Source: an uncultured delta proteobacterium
GTDB lineage: Bacteria; Desulfobacterota; Desulfobacteria; Desulfobacterales; B30-G6
DNA length: 64,000 nt
Assembly (NCBI GenBank): GCA_963823335.1
Contig: CAWGLD010000001.1
Coordinates: 1,760,001 to 1,824,000, forward strand
Reading direction: 5' to 3'
The notes beneath the pieces were generated by a model that was given only the letters and a program-made list of their open reading frames with translations, was not told the origin of the DNA and made no database searches. The translations under genes were made by a program, and so were the position numbers. Shown in pieces: positions 9,476 through 18,205 of this stretch. The stretch's first letter is position 1. Each line of letters begins with the position of its first letter.

Positions 9476-9705
9476 TCCTAAGGTTATCACCCCGCCAAAA
9501 AACTTGCGATAACATCACATTTTGGGCTGAAAATAGCCTGGAACGCTATTACTGATACCATTTTTCTTACAATTATGCAAAAAAGGGAAAACCGCTGAAA
9601 CGGTTCTCCCTAATGATAACATAAAAATACAAGTCGCTTAAAAACGGCTATGGTGGTGATGTGCTATAAAACCTGAAAATGTCGTTAAATACCGATGAGT
9701 TGGAG
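9462..9705 (+). repeat. spacer unit U6 (type B, complete)
   Basis: GATATATGGAGAGA...TTATCA, central A-run plus hairpin, ends AATACCGATGAGTTGGAG 7 nt from the next gene's stop. Confidence 0.85.
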
Positions 9706-9712
9706 TAATCTG

Positions 9713-11332
9713 CTATTCAAATGTCAGGCTCTCAACTACTGACGCAATTTTTTCTGGGTTTCGTCCGGTGTGGATAACAAGATAAACACATTTATTATCT
9801 CTGTATGAAGATACGACCAGCGATGTCAATTTAATATAATCGTAATATGTCCATTTGATATCTGTCCTATATGCGCGTGAGCCACAATTCAAAGTTATTT
9901 CCTTATTGGCTATAACCTCAGCATCAGAACCTATGATTTGAAGATATTCCATATAAAATTTTGGTCCGAAATCCTCTAATTTGAGCTTATCCGGAATGGC
10001 AATTACAGATGCTTCAAAATTTGCCCTGTTTGGTGTTTTCATTCTCATTATTTGTCCCGGAGAAGTGACACTTTGCTTTTCGCTCCCAATAGGATACTCA
10101 AACATAAATTTTGGAGATTTCGCTCGCCTGAATATACCGTCCTTTGCTATACCCTCTTCTCTGGATAACCAGACAAAACCATCTGAAAAAGAAGTGGACA
10201 CGCTTTTTACCAATTGATCAAGTCTTTCGGCTTCTCTCGTATTTGCTGGCAACGACTCAGAAGATACAACTGCAGGAAATATATATTTCTTCGTTAATTC
10301 AAGCGGAAGAGAAGTTTTCCCGACGGGTAAGTCAGCGGTAAATACCACAACCATATTCATCTCCGCTGCCACCATAATATACTGACCATTAGAGCCGATA
10401 GCAGAATAATTGCCGTCATCATCCACCCACCATTGATACCCGTATTGCACAGCTGGTTTAGCTTCAATATGTCCACGCGTTGATTTTTCTACCCAAGAAC
10501 TCGATACAAGTTGCTTCTTCTCCCACCTTCCCTTATTGAGGTAAAGCCATCCAATTTTGGCCATGTCATGGGGTTTTAACCACATCCGACCATATCCAAC
10601 ATCAATACCCTGCGGGCTTTTTTCCCAATCAATTTCTGAAATACCAAGGGGAGTGAATAGATTCTTTTCAGCAAATTCTCTGGTTTTCATTTTCGTTGTA
10701 GTGTTGATGATTACCGATAAAAGATGTGATAAGCCGTTGCAGTACACGTATTTACTACCTGGAGGACGGACCATCGGTAGATTAAGGACATGTTGCCCCC
10801 AATCACCGCTGCGCCTCATTTCGAATAATCCTTTCCAATTGTAATGATGAGAGTCCCTGCAATCTAAACCAGAAGCCATAATCAACAAGTGCTCAAGTGT
10901 AATTGACCTTTTATTGCCACCTAAGCTATCAATTATATTATGCGGTAATAATTCAACAATAGGTTGATCGACACTTTTTATATACCCTCTATCAATCGCT
11001 ATGCCTATCAGGATCGACATAATACTCTTTGTACAGGAACGAATGATGTGTCTCTGGCCTTTTGAAAATGGGTAAAAGTAGGCATCAAGAACCATGTAAC
11101 CATTGCGGATTATTGATATGCTATCTATGTTGTAACCTTTCATTTTTATCTCTTCAATCATATTGGCAAGCACTTGAGATTGCATGCCCTGTTCCTCAGG
11201 AGTGGAGGTCTGCCATCCATTTGCGGGGTAAGTGTTAACGGCTGCGGGCGAGAGTGAATAGGAAAATGTAGTAATCAAAAAAGCAAGAAGGGTGTAAAAT
11301 AAAATGTACCATTTATCTTGAATCAAATTCAT
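9713..11332 (-). CDS. secreted serine hydrolase (class C beta-lactamase-like) with C-terminal extension
   Basis: Signal peptide, SCTK (SxxK), YCN (YxN), YGYQWW. Confidence 0.88.
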   Translation of the reverse strand: MNLIQDKWYILFYTLLAFLITTFSYSLSPAAVNTYPANGWQTSTPEEQGMQSQVLANMIEEIKMKGYNIDSISIIRNGYMVLDAYFYPFSKGQRHIIRSCTKSIMSILIGIAIDRGYIKSVDQPIVELLPHNIIDSLGGNKRSITLEHLLIMASGLDCRDSHHYNWKGLFEMRRSGDWGQHVLNLPMVRPPGSKYVYCNGLSHLLSVIINTTTKMKTREFAEKNLFTPLGISEIDWEKSPQGIDVGYGRMWLKPHDMAKIGWLYLNKGRWEKKQLVSSSWVEKSTRGHIEAKPAVQYGYQWWVDDDGNYSAIGSNGQYIMVAAEMNMVVVFTADLPVGKTSLPLELTKKYIFPAVVSSESLPANTREAERLDQLVKSVSTSFSDGFVWLSREEGIAKDGIFRRAKSPKFMFEYPIGSEKQSVTSPGQIMRMKTPNRANFEASVIAIPDKLKLEDFGPKFYMEYLQIIGSDAEVIANKEITLNCGSRAYRTDIKWTYYDYIKLTSLVVSSYRDNKCVYLVIHTGRNPEKIASVVESLTFE

Positions 11333-11365
11333 GGTTCCCCCTTGGGCAAATATTAGACGATTGCA

Positions 11366-11564
11366 GATACATGGATTCTGCAAATATTACTTCGCCCAGA
11401 TAACTGTGTCTTTCGAGCATATCTGCAATCTGAGTCCCCCACAATTCTATTACAGATATCCCATTTCTTACAAAAATACAAAAAAGGGGAAATTCAGCTG
11501 AACCGATCTTCCCCTTGATATGATAAAAAACCTGTAAACATCAAGAAACTGTCATGTGTTGGAG
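11366..11564 (+). repeat. spacer unit U7 (type B, 4-nt deletion in left motif)
   Basis: GATACATGGA-TTCTGCAAATATTAC aligns to U8; ends GTGTTGGAG. Confidence 0.8.
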
Positions 11565-11665
11565 AGTTGTGGAGACTCCGCGAGCTACACCCTACGGGCT
11601 CGCTCGCCTCCACAACAGCTATCTATAGGAAAGGTACCAGACATCAACGGTCAAAGTCGTGTACT

Positions 11666-12502
11666 TTATTTCTCTCCAATGATAGCAATTTCTGCCGAAT
11701 CCGGAGTCAGAGGTTTACCGGCAACATCCGAGTATAACGCTTTAACTTTTAGGCCGTTTTCTTCAAATTCGTTTCTCAGCGAATCTTTGTTGAAGTACTG
11801 TAACCAATTATAAACCGTACGCTTCCGGTTTTTTTCTATCACGGTATATTTATCAAGAATCACCAGTTCGTTTTCATATTTAAACGTGTTTACAAAGCAG
11901 TAATAATCGTCAGGCGACCAGAAACCGTTTAGCTGATTTAGTTGATAAGCTGCCAATTCTTCTCTCTGCTTGAAAGCGTTTATAGAATATACATCAAGTA
12001 ACACGGAACCTTCCGGCTTCAGTAGCGACCGAAATTTTGAGAGTATCGTTTTCCTTTGTTCGGGACTCAGGGCGCAGAAATCACACATTATCATTATGAT
12101 AAGATCGAAACGGTCTGTTGTATCAAAATCAAGATAGTTCATCAGAAGGTAACTGATTTCAAGTTCTTTTCGAGTAGCCTCCTGCTTAGCATATCTGATA
12201 GAATTTTCAGAGAAATCTATACCAGTCACAGTTGCACCACGTTCTGCCAGTTTTTCTGTGTAGAGACCCGGTCCGCAGCCGAAATCTGCAATTTTAGTGC
12301 TTTCACCCACTCCGAATCGAGAGGCAATCCATTCTGCGGAACATTCAATAAAATTTCTGTTCCGGGATGACATATCAACTGATTCGTTCAGGTGATATCC
12401 GAGCATCTGTTTTGATGTGTGTTCATCTGTCCAAAGTTCATCAGCTGTATAGAACTGAAAAGGTTCGGGACGTGAATTTATTTCTTTGAGTTCCTGAAAC
12501 AT
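11666..12502 (-). CDS. class I SAM-dependent methyltransferase
   Basis: IADFGCGPGLY, VTGIDFS motifs. Confidence 0.92.
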   Translation of the reverse strand: MFQELKEINSRPEPFQFYTADELWTDEHTSKQMLGYHLNESVDMSSRNRNFIECSAEWIASRFGVGESTKIADFGCGPGLYTEKLAERGATVTGIDFSENSIRYAKQEATRKELEISYLLMNYLDFDTTDRFDLIIMIMCDFCALSPEQRKTILSKFRSLLKPEGSVLLDVYSINAFKQREELAAYQLNQLNGFWSPDDYYCFVNTFKYENELVILDKYTVIEKNRKRTVYNWLQYFNKDSLRNEFEENGLKVKALYSDVAGKPLTPDSAEIAIIGEK

Positions 12503-12631
12503 AATTAATCCTATATTGATTTCTAACACATAGCGATTTAATCCTTGGCTCGTCTTTTTGAGTGATGCTCTGTGGTGTGAACAGATGCCTTATTAAAGTC
12601 GATGCATTATTCATTTTTTAGGTTGACCTTT

Positions 12632-12766
12632 GATTGATGGAGAGATCCTGCAGATATCACCTTTGCCAGATATCTGTGTTTTCCAAGGGTATCTGCAATA
12701 GCGACCTGCCTCATTACCCTTACAGATAGCCCATTTCTTACAAAAATGCAAAAAGGGCAAATCCTG
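12632..12766 (+). repeat. spacer unit U8 (type B, right half truncated)
   Basis: GATTGATGGAGAGATCCTGCAGATATCAC...CCATTTCTTACAAAAATGCAAAAAGGGCAAA. Confidence 0.8.
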
Positions 12767-12859
12767 CAATAGAATTTAGTCTTTCCGGTAAGATCGCCGG
12801 TGTTCGGCTCCGGTTCATTAGGCTATTCAGCCCCGCCGCAGAATGAAAAATTTACATAA

Positions 12860-12899
12860 AAAAAGCCCTTCAATCTTATTTGAAAAGATTGAAGGGCTG
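12860..12899 (-). terminator. intrinsic terminator (expression platform of the riboswitch remnant)
   Basis: AGCCCTTCAATCTT/AAGATTGAAGGGCT stem with a T run on the minus strand. Confidence 0.7.
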
Positions 12900-12970
12900 C
12901 ACCCAGCTTTCTTGGCCCTTTCTATTTTTAACGATTGCTCTCTGTATCACCGCAGAGAGATGGCTATTTA

Positions 12971-13023
12971 CCAAGGCAGGTCTTCTGACTCCCGATTCAA
13001 TCTAATTTCCGCGCCTTTCCATC
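12971..13023 (-). ncRNA. 3' half of a cobalamin riboswitch (truncated)
   Basis: Minus strand GGAAAGGC...GGGAGTCAGAAGACCTGCC (B12 box); 5' half not seen. Confidence 0.55.
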
Positions 13024-13045
13024 TGGTTGTCTGTCAAGTTTTTAC

Positions 13046-13191
13046 TAGAAGCCATCTCAAAAAAAGGGTTTTGGCTCAAGTTCAAGGCGGGCCCGAACTT
13101 CAACCCGCAGGCATACTGAAGTATTCCGAGGAGTTGAAGCAAGGGACCAACACAGAAATTGGGTCAAAAAACTTTTTTGAGATAGCTTCTA
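13046..13191. mobile_element. MITE with about 19-bp terminal inverted repeats
   Basis: TAGAAGCCATCTCAAAAAA...TTTTTTGAGATAGCTTCTA; partial copy at 24190-24247. Confidence 0.8.
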
Positions 13192-13230
13192 ATCAAAAGG
13201 ATCAACCATCTGGACCCCCTTGCCTAACCT

Positions 13231-13797
13231 CTAAAACCGCAACAGTGGAACTATTTCAGGCGTTTCATCCTTATCGATAGGAAAGAACTTAAGGGATTTG
13301 CCGTGAAAAACTTCCATCTGCTCCTCATTCACCTTTTGGGATAGCGGCAAATAGTAAAAGCCCAGTTTCATGCTGTAGTTTTTTTCGTTTGTTTTCAGTT
13401 TTATCTTGACCTCATTATGATTCCACTTGTAAACGGTTTCGCCGGTTTTTGCAGAAAAACTCTTATCAGGGTTGCCGTATTTCGATTTCAAGTAATTACG
13501 AAACTCCCCGAAAACCTCTTCACTTTCCAGCGTGATATACACCGCAAAAAACTGGTCTTCGTAGAAACCATATACTACATCGGGGACCGGGATCTCATTG
13601 ATTGTGTGAACGATATTGGGCTGGGTGTAATAGACCACATTTTCTTTCTCGTACAACCGAGCCAACCTTTCCTGATGAGCCGCGGGTGAGGCCCATTGGA
13701 TTCCCATGAACCCGTCTTTCAGATCCTCGGCGCCTGCAAAGCCGACGGCAAGGCAGATAGCGACCAGGACGCAACCTCCCGCAATTAGCGTTTTCAT
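13231..13797 (-). CDS. secreted hypothetical protein
   Basis: GAGG RBS, MKT plus hydrophobic signal peptide, 188 aa ORF. Confidence 0.75.
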   Translation of the reverse strand: MKTLIAGGCVLVAICLAVGFAGAEDLKDGFMGIQWASPAAHQERLARLYEKENVVYYTQPNIVHTINEIPVPDVVYGFYEDQFFAVYITLESEEVFGEFRNYLKSKYGNPDKSFSAKTGETVYKWNHNEVKIKLKTNEKNYSMKLGFYYLPLSQKVNEEQMEVFHGKSLKFFPIDKDETPEIVPLLRF

Positions 13798-13856
13798 GTC
13801 AGTATTCCTCATCATTAAAGGTTGATGATTTCGCAAAAATCCATCGTCAAAATCAT

Positions 13857-13909
13857 ATTGAACCGAAATAGCGAGAGCTTTCCCCCCTGCTTGCGGCGGG
13901 TAGTTTCAA
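13857..13909 (+). repeat. short degenerate copy of the GTAGCTTGCTGCG-family element
   Basis: TTGAACCGAAATAGCGAG...CTTGCGGCGGG...TTCAA. Confidence 0.6.
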
Positions 13910-13918
13910 CTGATGGTT

Positions 13919-14104
13919 TTAAAACTTTTGAGGATCACAAAGATTTTCAGAGCTGTTTGCTACACGTCCACAACCACCACAAACATAGTGTCCGTTCGAT
14001 ACCAGTTTTTTCCACTCTTCAAAATTATCTTTTAACAGTCCATCACCGTGCAGAGCACATAGATGTTTATCATGTCCTTCATGTGGCATTTCTTTTTTGC
14101 TCAT
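13919..14104 (-). CDS. small Cys/His-rich putative metal-binding protein
   Basis: HDKHLC...CGGCGRVA...NLCDP; GGAGG RBS. Confidence 0.75.
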   Translation of the reverse strand: MSKKEMPHEGHDKHLCALHGDGLLKDNFEEWKKLVSNGHYVCGGCGRVANSSENLCDPQKF

Positions 14105-14239
14105 AATTACCTCCAATGCATTCTAATAAACTACTATTTAGGCAGTTTTAAATTCAGTGGTTTTTTAAGGATCTTGGTAACCTTCAAAAAATAGGTTGCT
14201 AAAGGCCACTTGTCAAATATTTTAATTAATGAGTTTGTC

Positions 14240-14330
14240 ATGATAACACAAAAACACAACATGGCTAAATTTGTCTATGGTGGTGATATTATAAAAAACC
14301 TGTAGATATCGTGGAATTGTGATATGTATG
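14240..14330 (+). repeat. spacer unit U9 (right arm fragment)
   Basis: TGATAACACAAAAACACAAC...CTATGGTGGTGAT...AAAACCTGTAGATATC aligns with U6 and U7. Confidence 0.7.
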
Positions 14331-14339
14331 ATATCGGCA

Positions 14340-14672
14340 ACTGGTATCTGACGCCGATATTGCTTCCGGAAATAGTACCAACCCAAGTTATTCTGTCGGT
14401 TTTTTCACTATAAGTATCGGCAATGAAATGAGTTGTATCCCCTTCAACAGTTGTTGTATAGGAGCCAAATCCATATTTCGCACAGTTCACTGAGGTAAAT
14501 TGGTTATTATCAAATTTAAACCAATCTTTTTCCGAAGATTATTTACCCATTTTTTTCCAGATGTTCCAGAAAAATTGTTTCCATCCAAGATTCCTGCATA
14601 GGCGCTTATAATTGCAAAAACAAAGATTACGGCGATCACAATTAAAAGGCTTGCTCTAATTGGATATTTCAT
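14340..14672 (-). pseudogene. frameshifted secreted protein gene
   Basis: Signal peptide plus LDGNNFSG in one frame continues as KDWFKF...SVNCAKYGFG...WVGTISG in another; shift at T run about 14550 plus an in-frame stop. Confidence 0.6.
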
Positions 14673-14935
14673 AATATCAATATGTGTTAACACATTGTGA
14701 TATATATCGTACAAAATATATTATATGCCACTGGTGTGAAATACATTGAAATTCCAATTCGCCACATCTCTATTTATGGTACCGCTAAAAAGGTAATGAC
14801 ACACATTTCTTTTTGTCTTTTTTGCTTGACCTGACTTGACCTGACTCGATCGCTTACTAAACTTGTCACTTCGAATTTCTCTCTGCCGCTAAACAATTAA
14901 ATATGGCCTCGGTACCAAATAAATTAAGGTAGACC

Positions 14936-15727
14936 ATGTTGTGGGGGTATATCACAAAAGAGAGCCCATACACGAAATGGGAATTTTGGCTCGATCATCA
15001 AGGTATGCAGCCGGGTCGGGCTCCCCATGGTCCTTTGCACAAGGTATTTGTAAATGATAGAGCGTTGGATTCTTCACAACCTCCCGTCCAATATGGGTCG
15101 ATTGCGGTCAAGGAAAACTATGGGAAAGACAAAGAACTCAAAGCAATTACAGTTATGTACAAAGTTACTGGTTACAATCCGGATGCAGGTGACTGGTTTT
15201 GGGCAAAATATTCACCTGAAGGAAAAGCTGATAAGTTTGGGAAACCAGAAGGGTGTGTTAAGATGAAGTTGGGGTTGGCCCTTGTTTTGGTACTTTTACT
15301 ATTTGTTGTTGTGTTTGAAAGCACCCGGCGTAACCAAGCAAATTTCTTCTTATTGCTGTTGCATTTGTTTTGCTTACTGCTGGTTATAGGAATCGGCTAT
15401 TTTGGTGGCGAGCTTGTTTTTGGGAAAAAATTGGCTGTCATTCAAACTACCGACAAAACTGTTACAGATACAAAACTGGTGATTGCTGGAGAAAAGTTAT
15501 TCGAGAAGAAATGTTCTTTTTGTCACGTTACAGATAGCACCGATACCAAAGTTGGTCCTGGGCTTAGAGGACTATTCGATAGGGAAAAGATGCCTGTCAG
15601 TGGTTGGCCTGTTTCTGCTGAAGGATTACGGCGACAACTAAAATCGCCATATAGTCAAATGCCTCCTTTCAAAGACCTTACCGAAGAGGAAATTGAGTCT
15701 TTGACAGGCTATTTACAATCTCTTTGA
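14936..15727 (+). CDS. chimeric ORF: truncated cytochrome P460-like domain + TM segments + monoheme cytochrome c
   Basis: PHG...VKENY...TVMYK...GDWFWAKY lacking its CxxCH; C-terminal CSFCH...GPGL...MP. Confidence 0.6.
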   Translation: MLWGYITKESPYTKWEFWLDHQGMQPGRAPHGPLHKVFVNDRALDSSQPPVQYGSIAVKENYGKDKELKAITVMYKVTGYNPDAGDWFWAKYSPEGKADKFGKPEGCVKMKLGLALVLVLLLFVVVFESTRRNQANFFLLLLHLFCLLLVIGIGYFGGELVFGKKLAVIQTTDKTVTDTKLVIAGEKLFEKKCSFCHVTDSTDTKVGPGLRGLFDREKMPVSGWPVSAEGLRRQLKSPYSQMPPFKDLTEEEIESLTGYLQSL

Positions 15728-15892
15728 TGCCAATAATCATTAAGCAGCAACCTGTAAGCACTCGAAAAAATTCACTAGCGCCAACGCATCGGTAGAACGA
15801 TCTTCCCTCTACACTCTGTGATATCAGAATTCCATGAAAAATTTTGTGGACCGGTCCCCATAGTGAAATACGATGGCCAACCGGAAAACAAA

Positions 15893-16567
15893 TCAAAAAC
15901 GAAATGCGACACCGAAATAGTACTGCAATCCTTCGATGTCAACATTTCCAGTTGTATCCTCAAAACTCAGTGTTGTTTCGTTAATTCGGGTTCCGATATT
16001 TAAGCCAAATTGTTCCGATAAAAAGATATCAATACCTGCTCGAGCGTATAAACCAACGCCAAACTTGATTTCTGAATTAGAGCTAAGTTCATCGGAATCT
16101 GAGTCTTTCGGTTCGGTGGACTGTATTCCCCAGATAAGCAGGGGTCCGGCACCCACATATAACCGAAGCCATTTTGATGGTTCAAGACCGAAATACCCAC
16201 CGAAAAAATAATCCATTATAAATGAGTCCACCTCCACTGCAACCGCGGCCGTGCCGCCGTTGCTTCCGGAAGATGCACGAAAATGTTGAACATCGCTGTC
16301 AACGCTGAAGATGGCGCCGGTTTCGATGCCGTACTTTAGCAGCCCCCCGCCGAATGGGCCTTGCGCATCAGCGCCGAAAATACTGGTGTCGAAGTCTTTT
16401 CCTTCAATGTCTGAATTATTGTACGAAATGGTCATCTTGCCGTAGAAAGCATGGCCGGTTGTTGGCTCTATTGCTTCTTGCGACAACACTTTGCCCATCG
16501 GTACCAGGCACATCCCTGTACAGATTATCAGAATAATTCCCAGCTTGATGCTCAGATTCACATGCAT
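15893..16567 (-). CDS. outer-membrane beta-barrel protein
   Basis: Signal peptide, amphipathic strands, terminal YYFGVAFRF. Confidence 0.75.
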   Translation of the reverse strand: MHVNLSIKLGIILIICTGMCLVPMGKVLSQEAIEPTTGHAFYGKMTISYNNSDIEGKDFDTSIFGADAQGPFGGGLLKYGIETGAIFSVDSDVQHFRASSGSNGGTAAVAVEVDSFIMDYFFGGYFGLEPSKWLRLYVGAGPLLIWGIQSTEPKDSDSDELSSNSEIKFGVGLYARAGIDIFLSEQFGLNIGTRINETTLSFEDTTGNVDIEGLQYYFGVAFRF

Positions 16568-16578
16568 TTTCGGTCTAT

Positions 16579-17349
16579 CTAAAAGCAACTAAATCCACCA
16601 TCAATGACAACGGAGTCACCAGTGTGATATGAACTGGCATCGCTTGTAAAATAAATAGCAATCGGGCCAAAATCTTTTGGTGCTCCCCAACGCCTCTGAG
16701 GAATACGTTTCATCATCTTTTCTGTAAACGTATCGTTTTCAAAGAGGGGTGCTGTCATATTGGTCTCAATCCATCCGGGTAGAATTGCATTTGCTCTAAT
16801 ATTATATCGTGCATATTCAACGGCAATTGACCTGACGATAGCTGTCACACCGGCTTTGGTGGCTGCATAGTGTTCTCCAGTAGGCATGCCAAACTTAGCT
16901 GAAAGACTACTTGTTATCACAATTGACCCACCTTTTCCTTGCTCCATCATGTGCGCCAATGTAGGCTTCAATGTGAATAGAACACCGTCTATATTGACAC
17001 CAAAAATGGTATGCCACTCTTCCAGGGTCATCTTGTGAAATGGCGTACCAAGCCATGAAGTACCGGCATTGGCGAAGCAGGCGTCTACCTTCCCGAGCAA
17101 ACTGATTGTCTGCGAAAAGCATTCTTCAACCTGCTTTTGGTTTGAGACATCGCATTCCAAGGAAAAAACCTTATGCCCATGCAGTTTGAGTTTATCGACT
17201 GCAGTTCTATTCCTTTTCTCATTTCGGCTCCAAATACAGATGTCAGCACCGGCCGCTGTAACTGCTTCAGCCATCCCAAACCCTATGCCGCTGTTGCCAC
17301 CTGTTACAAGGACTGATTTCCCGGTAAGATCAAATGTTGAATTTGTCAT
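16579..17349 (-). CDS. SDR-family oxidoreductase
   Basis: TGGNSGIG, ANAG, YAATK. Confidence 0.95.
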   Translation of the reverse strand: MTNSTFDLTGKSVLVTGGNSGIGFGMAEAVTAAGADICIWSRNEKRNRTAVDKLKLHGHKVFSLECDVSNQKQVEECFSQTISLLGKVDACFANAGTSWLGTPFHKMTLEEWHTIFGVNIDGVLFTLKPTLAHMMEQGKGGSIVITSSLSAKFGMPTGEHYAATKAGVTAIVRSIAVEYARYNIRANAILPGWIETNMTAPLFENDTFTEKMMKRIPQRRWGAPKDFGPIAIYFTSDASSYHTGDSVVIDGGFSCF

Positions 17350-17372
17350 GTGTCGACCTCCCTAATAGTGCA

Positions 17373-17648
17373 CTACCGTTTCGATCTTTCAAGTTTGATT
17401 GTTACGAGGTTCTGGTAGTCTGGACATCGCAGACTAATAGTATCCCCATCCCACCATGGCAAGGAGCCACCAAACTGGAATGTTTGGAGACTTGGGAAGA
17501 TATCATGGTAGAACCAGCCACATAAGCCTGCTGGGTTATGACAGCTTATTTCAAAGGAGTCACCTATTTTGTGCCCGGCGTCACATCTGCCTTCTGAGCC
17601 TGTAATGCTTGCAACAACTTTGTAACCTAACTTTGGATCATTTGCCAT
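17373..17648 (-). CDS. TIGR04076-family small Cys protein
   Basis: GRCDAGHKIGD...GLC...GG.LPW...CPD pattern. Confidence 0.75.
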   Translation of the reverse strand: MANDPKLGYKVVASITGSEGRCDAGHKIGDSFEISCHNPAGLCGWFYHDIFPSLQTFQFGGSLPWWDGDTISLRCPDYQNLVTIKLERSKR

Positions 17649-17908
17649 ATTGTCATCCCTCCTTCTCTTGTTGATGGTATCCGGTTTTATAAATCAGCGT
17701 CTGTTGTTTATATTCTAAGCAGATGAACATACTTATTTCATTGCCTGTATATTTTCCGGTAAATTCTTCTTTTCCGAATTGACCTGCTTGAATACGGGAA
17801 TGCTGATAAGTTCAGTGTAGATTTGAGTCTGAATGGTCTTTGCAAGATTGCCACAGAATGTGCAGATGATCTTTTCCTGCGCCATGAACCCTCTCTCTTG
17901 TCCAGCCA

Positions 17909-18205
17909 TTACAACAAAGAGAGATACAGAAAAATATATTCCCCATCGTTGATATTGATAGCGATGTCGGCGCCCCTTGATTCCGCAAATATGATCCATG
18001 GTGGCTTGTCTGATCTACCACATTCAGTCTTTGGATAATATTCGCCTGTCTTACCGCAGTACCATGACAACATCATTGGATCGTCACTCAGTTCCCTAGC
18101 CTTTCGTTTTGCAATATCCGTTGCCGATGCAATATCAAGGTCCTTATGGTTTACTGACAGTTTGATATGGTTGCCCTTGAAACCAATTAAATTATCTGGT
18201 GTCAT
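17909..18205 (-). CDS. AF1514-like protein
   Basis: DPMMLSWY...P..ECG...PW..FAESRGADI.ININDGEY.F pattern. Confidence 0.7.
   Translation of the reverse strand: MTPDNLIGFKGNHIKLSVNHKDLDIASATDIAKRKARELSDDPMMLSWYCGKTGEYYPKTECGRSDKPPWIIFAESRGADIAININDGEYIFLYLSLL

Noticed and set aside
9116-13228. Integron/attC interpretation (minus-strand GTTAGGT at 9116-9122, GTTAGGC at 13222-13228, GTTAGAA near 12522)
   Set aside because: Isolated 7-mers without paired boxes or foldback, and no intI gene; expected by chance.
12843-13280. 145-aa ORF
   Set aside because: Reads through a terminator, riboswitch remnant and MITE; spurious.
1703-14330. CRISPR array interpretation of the repeat units
   Set aside because: Repeats are long, divergent and separated by whole genes; no cas genes.
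14826-14846. TTGACCTGAC tandem repeat (and GTCAAA run at about 4937-4960)
   Set aside because: Two to four short copies; likely slippage.
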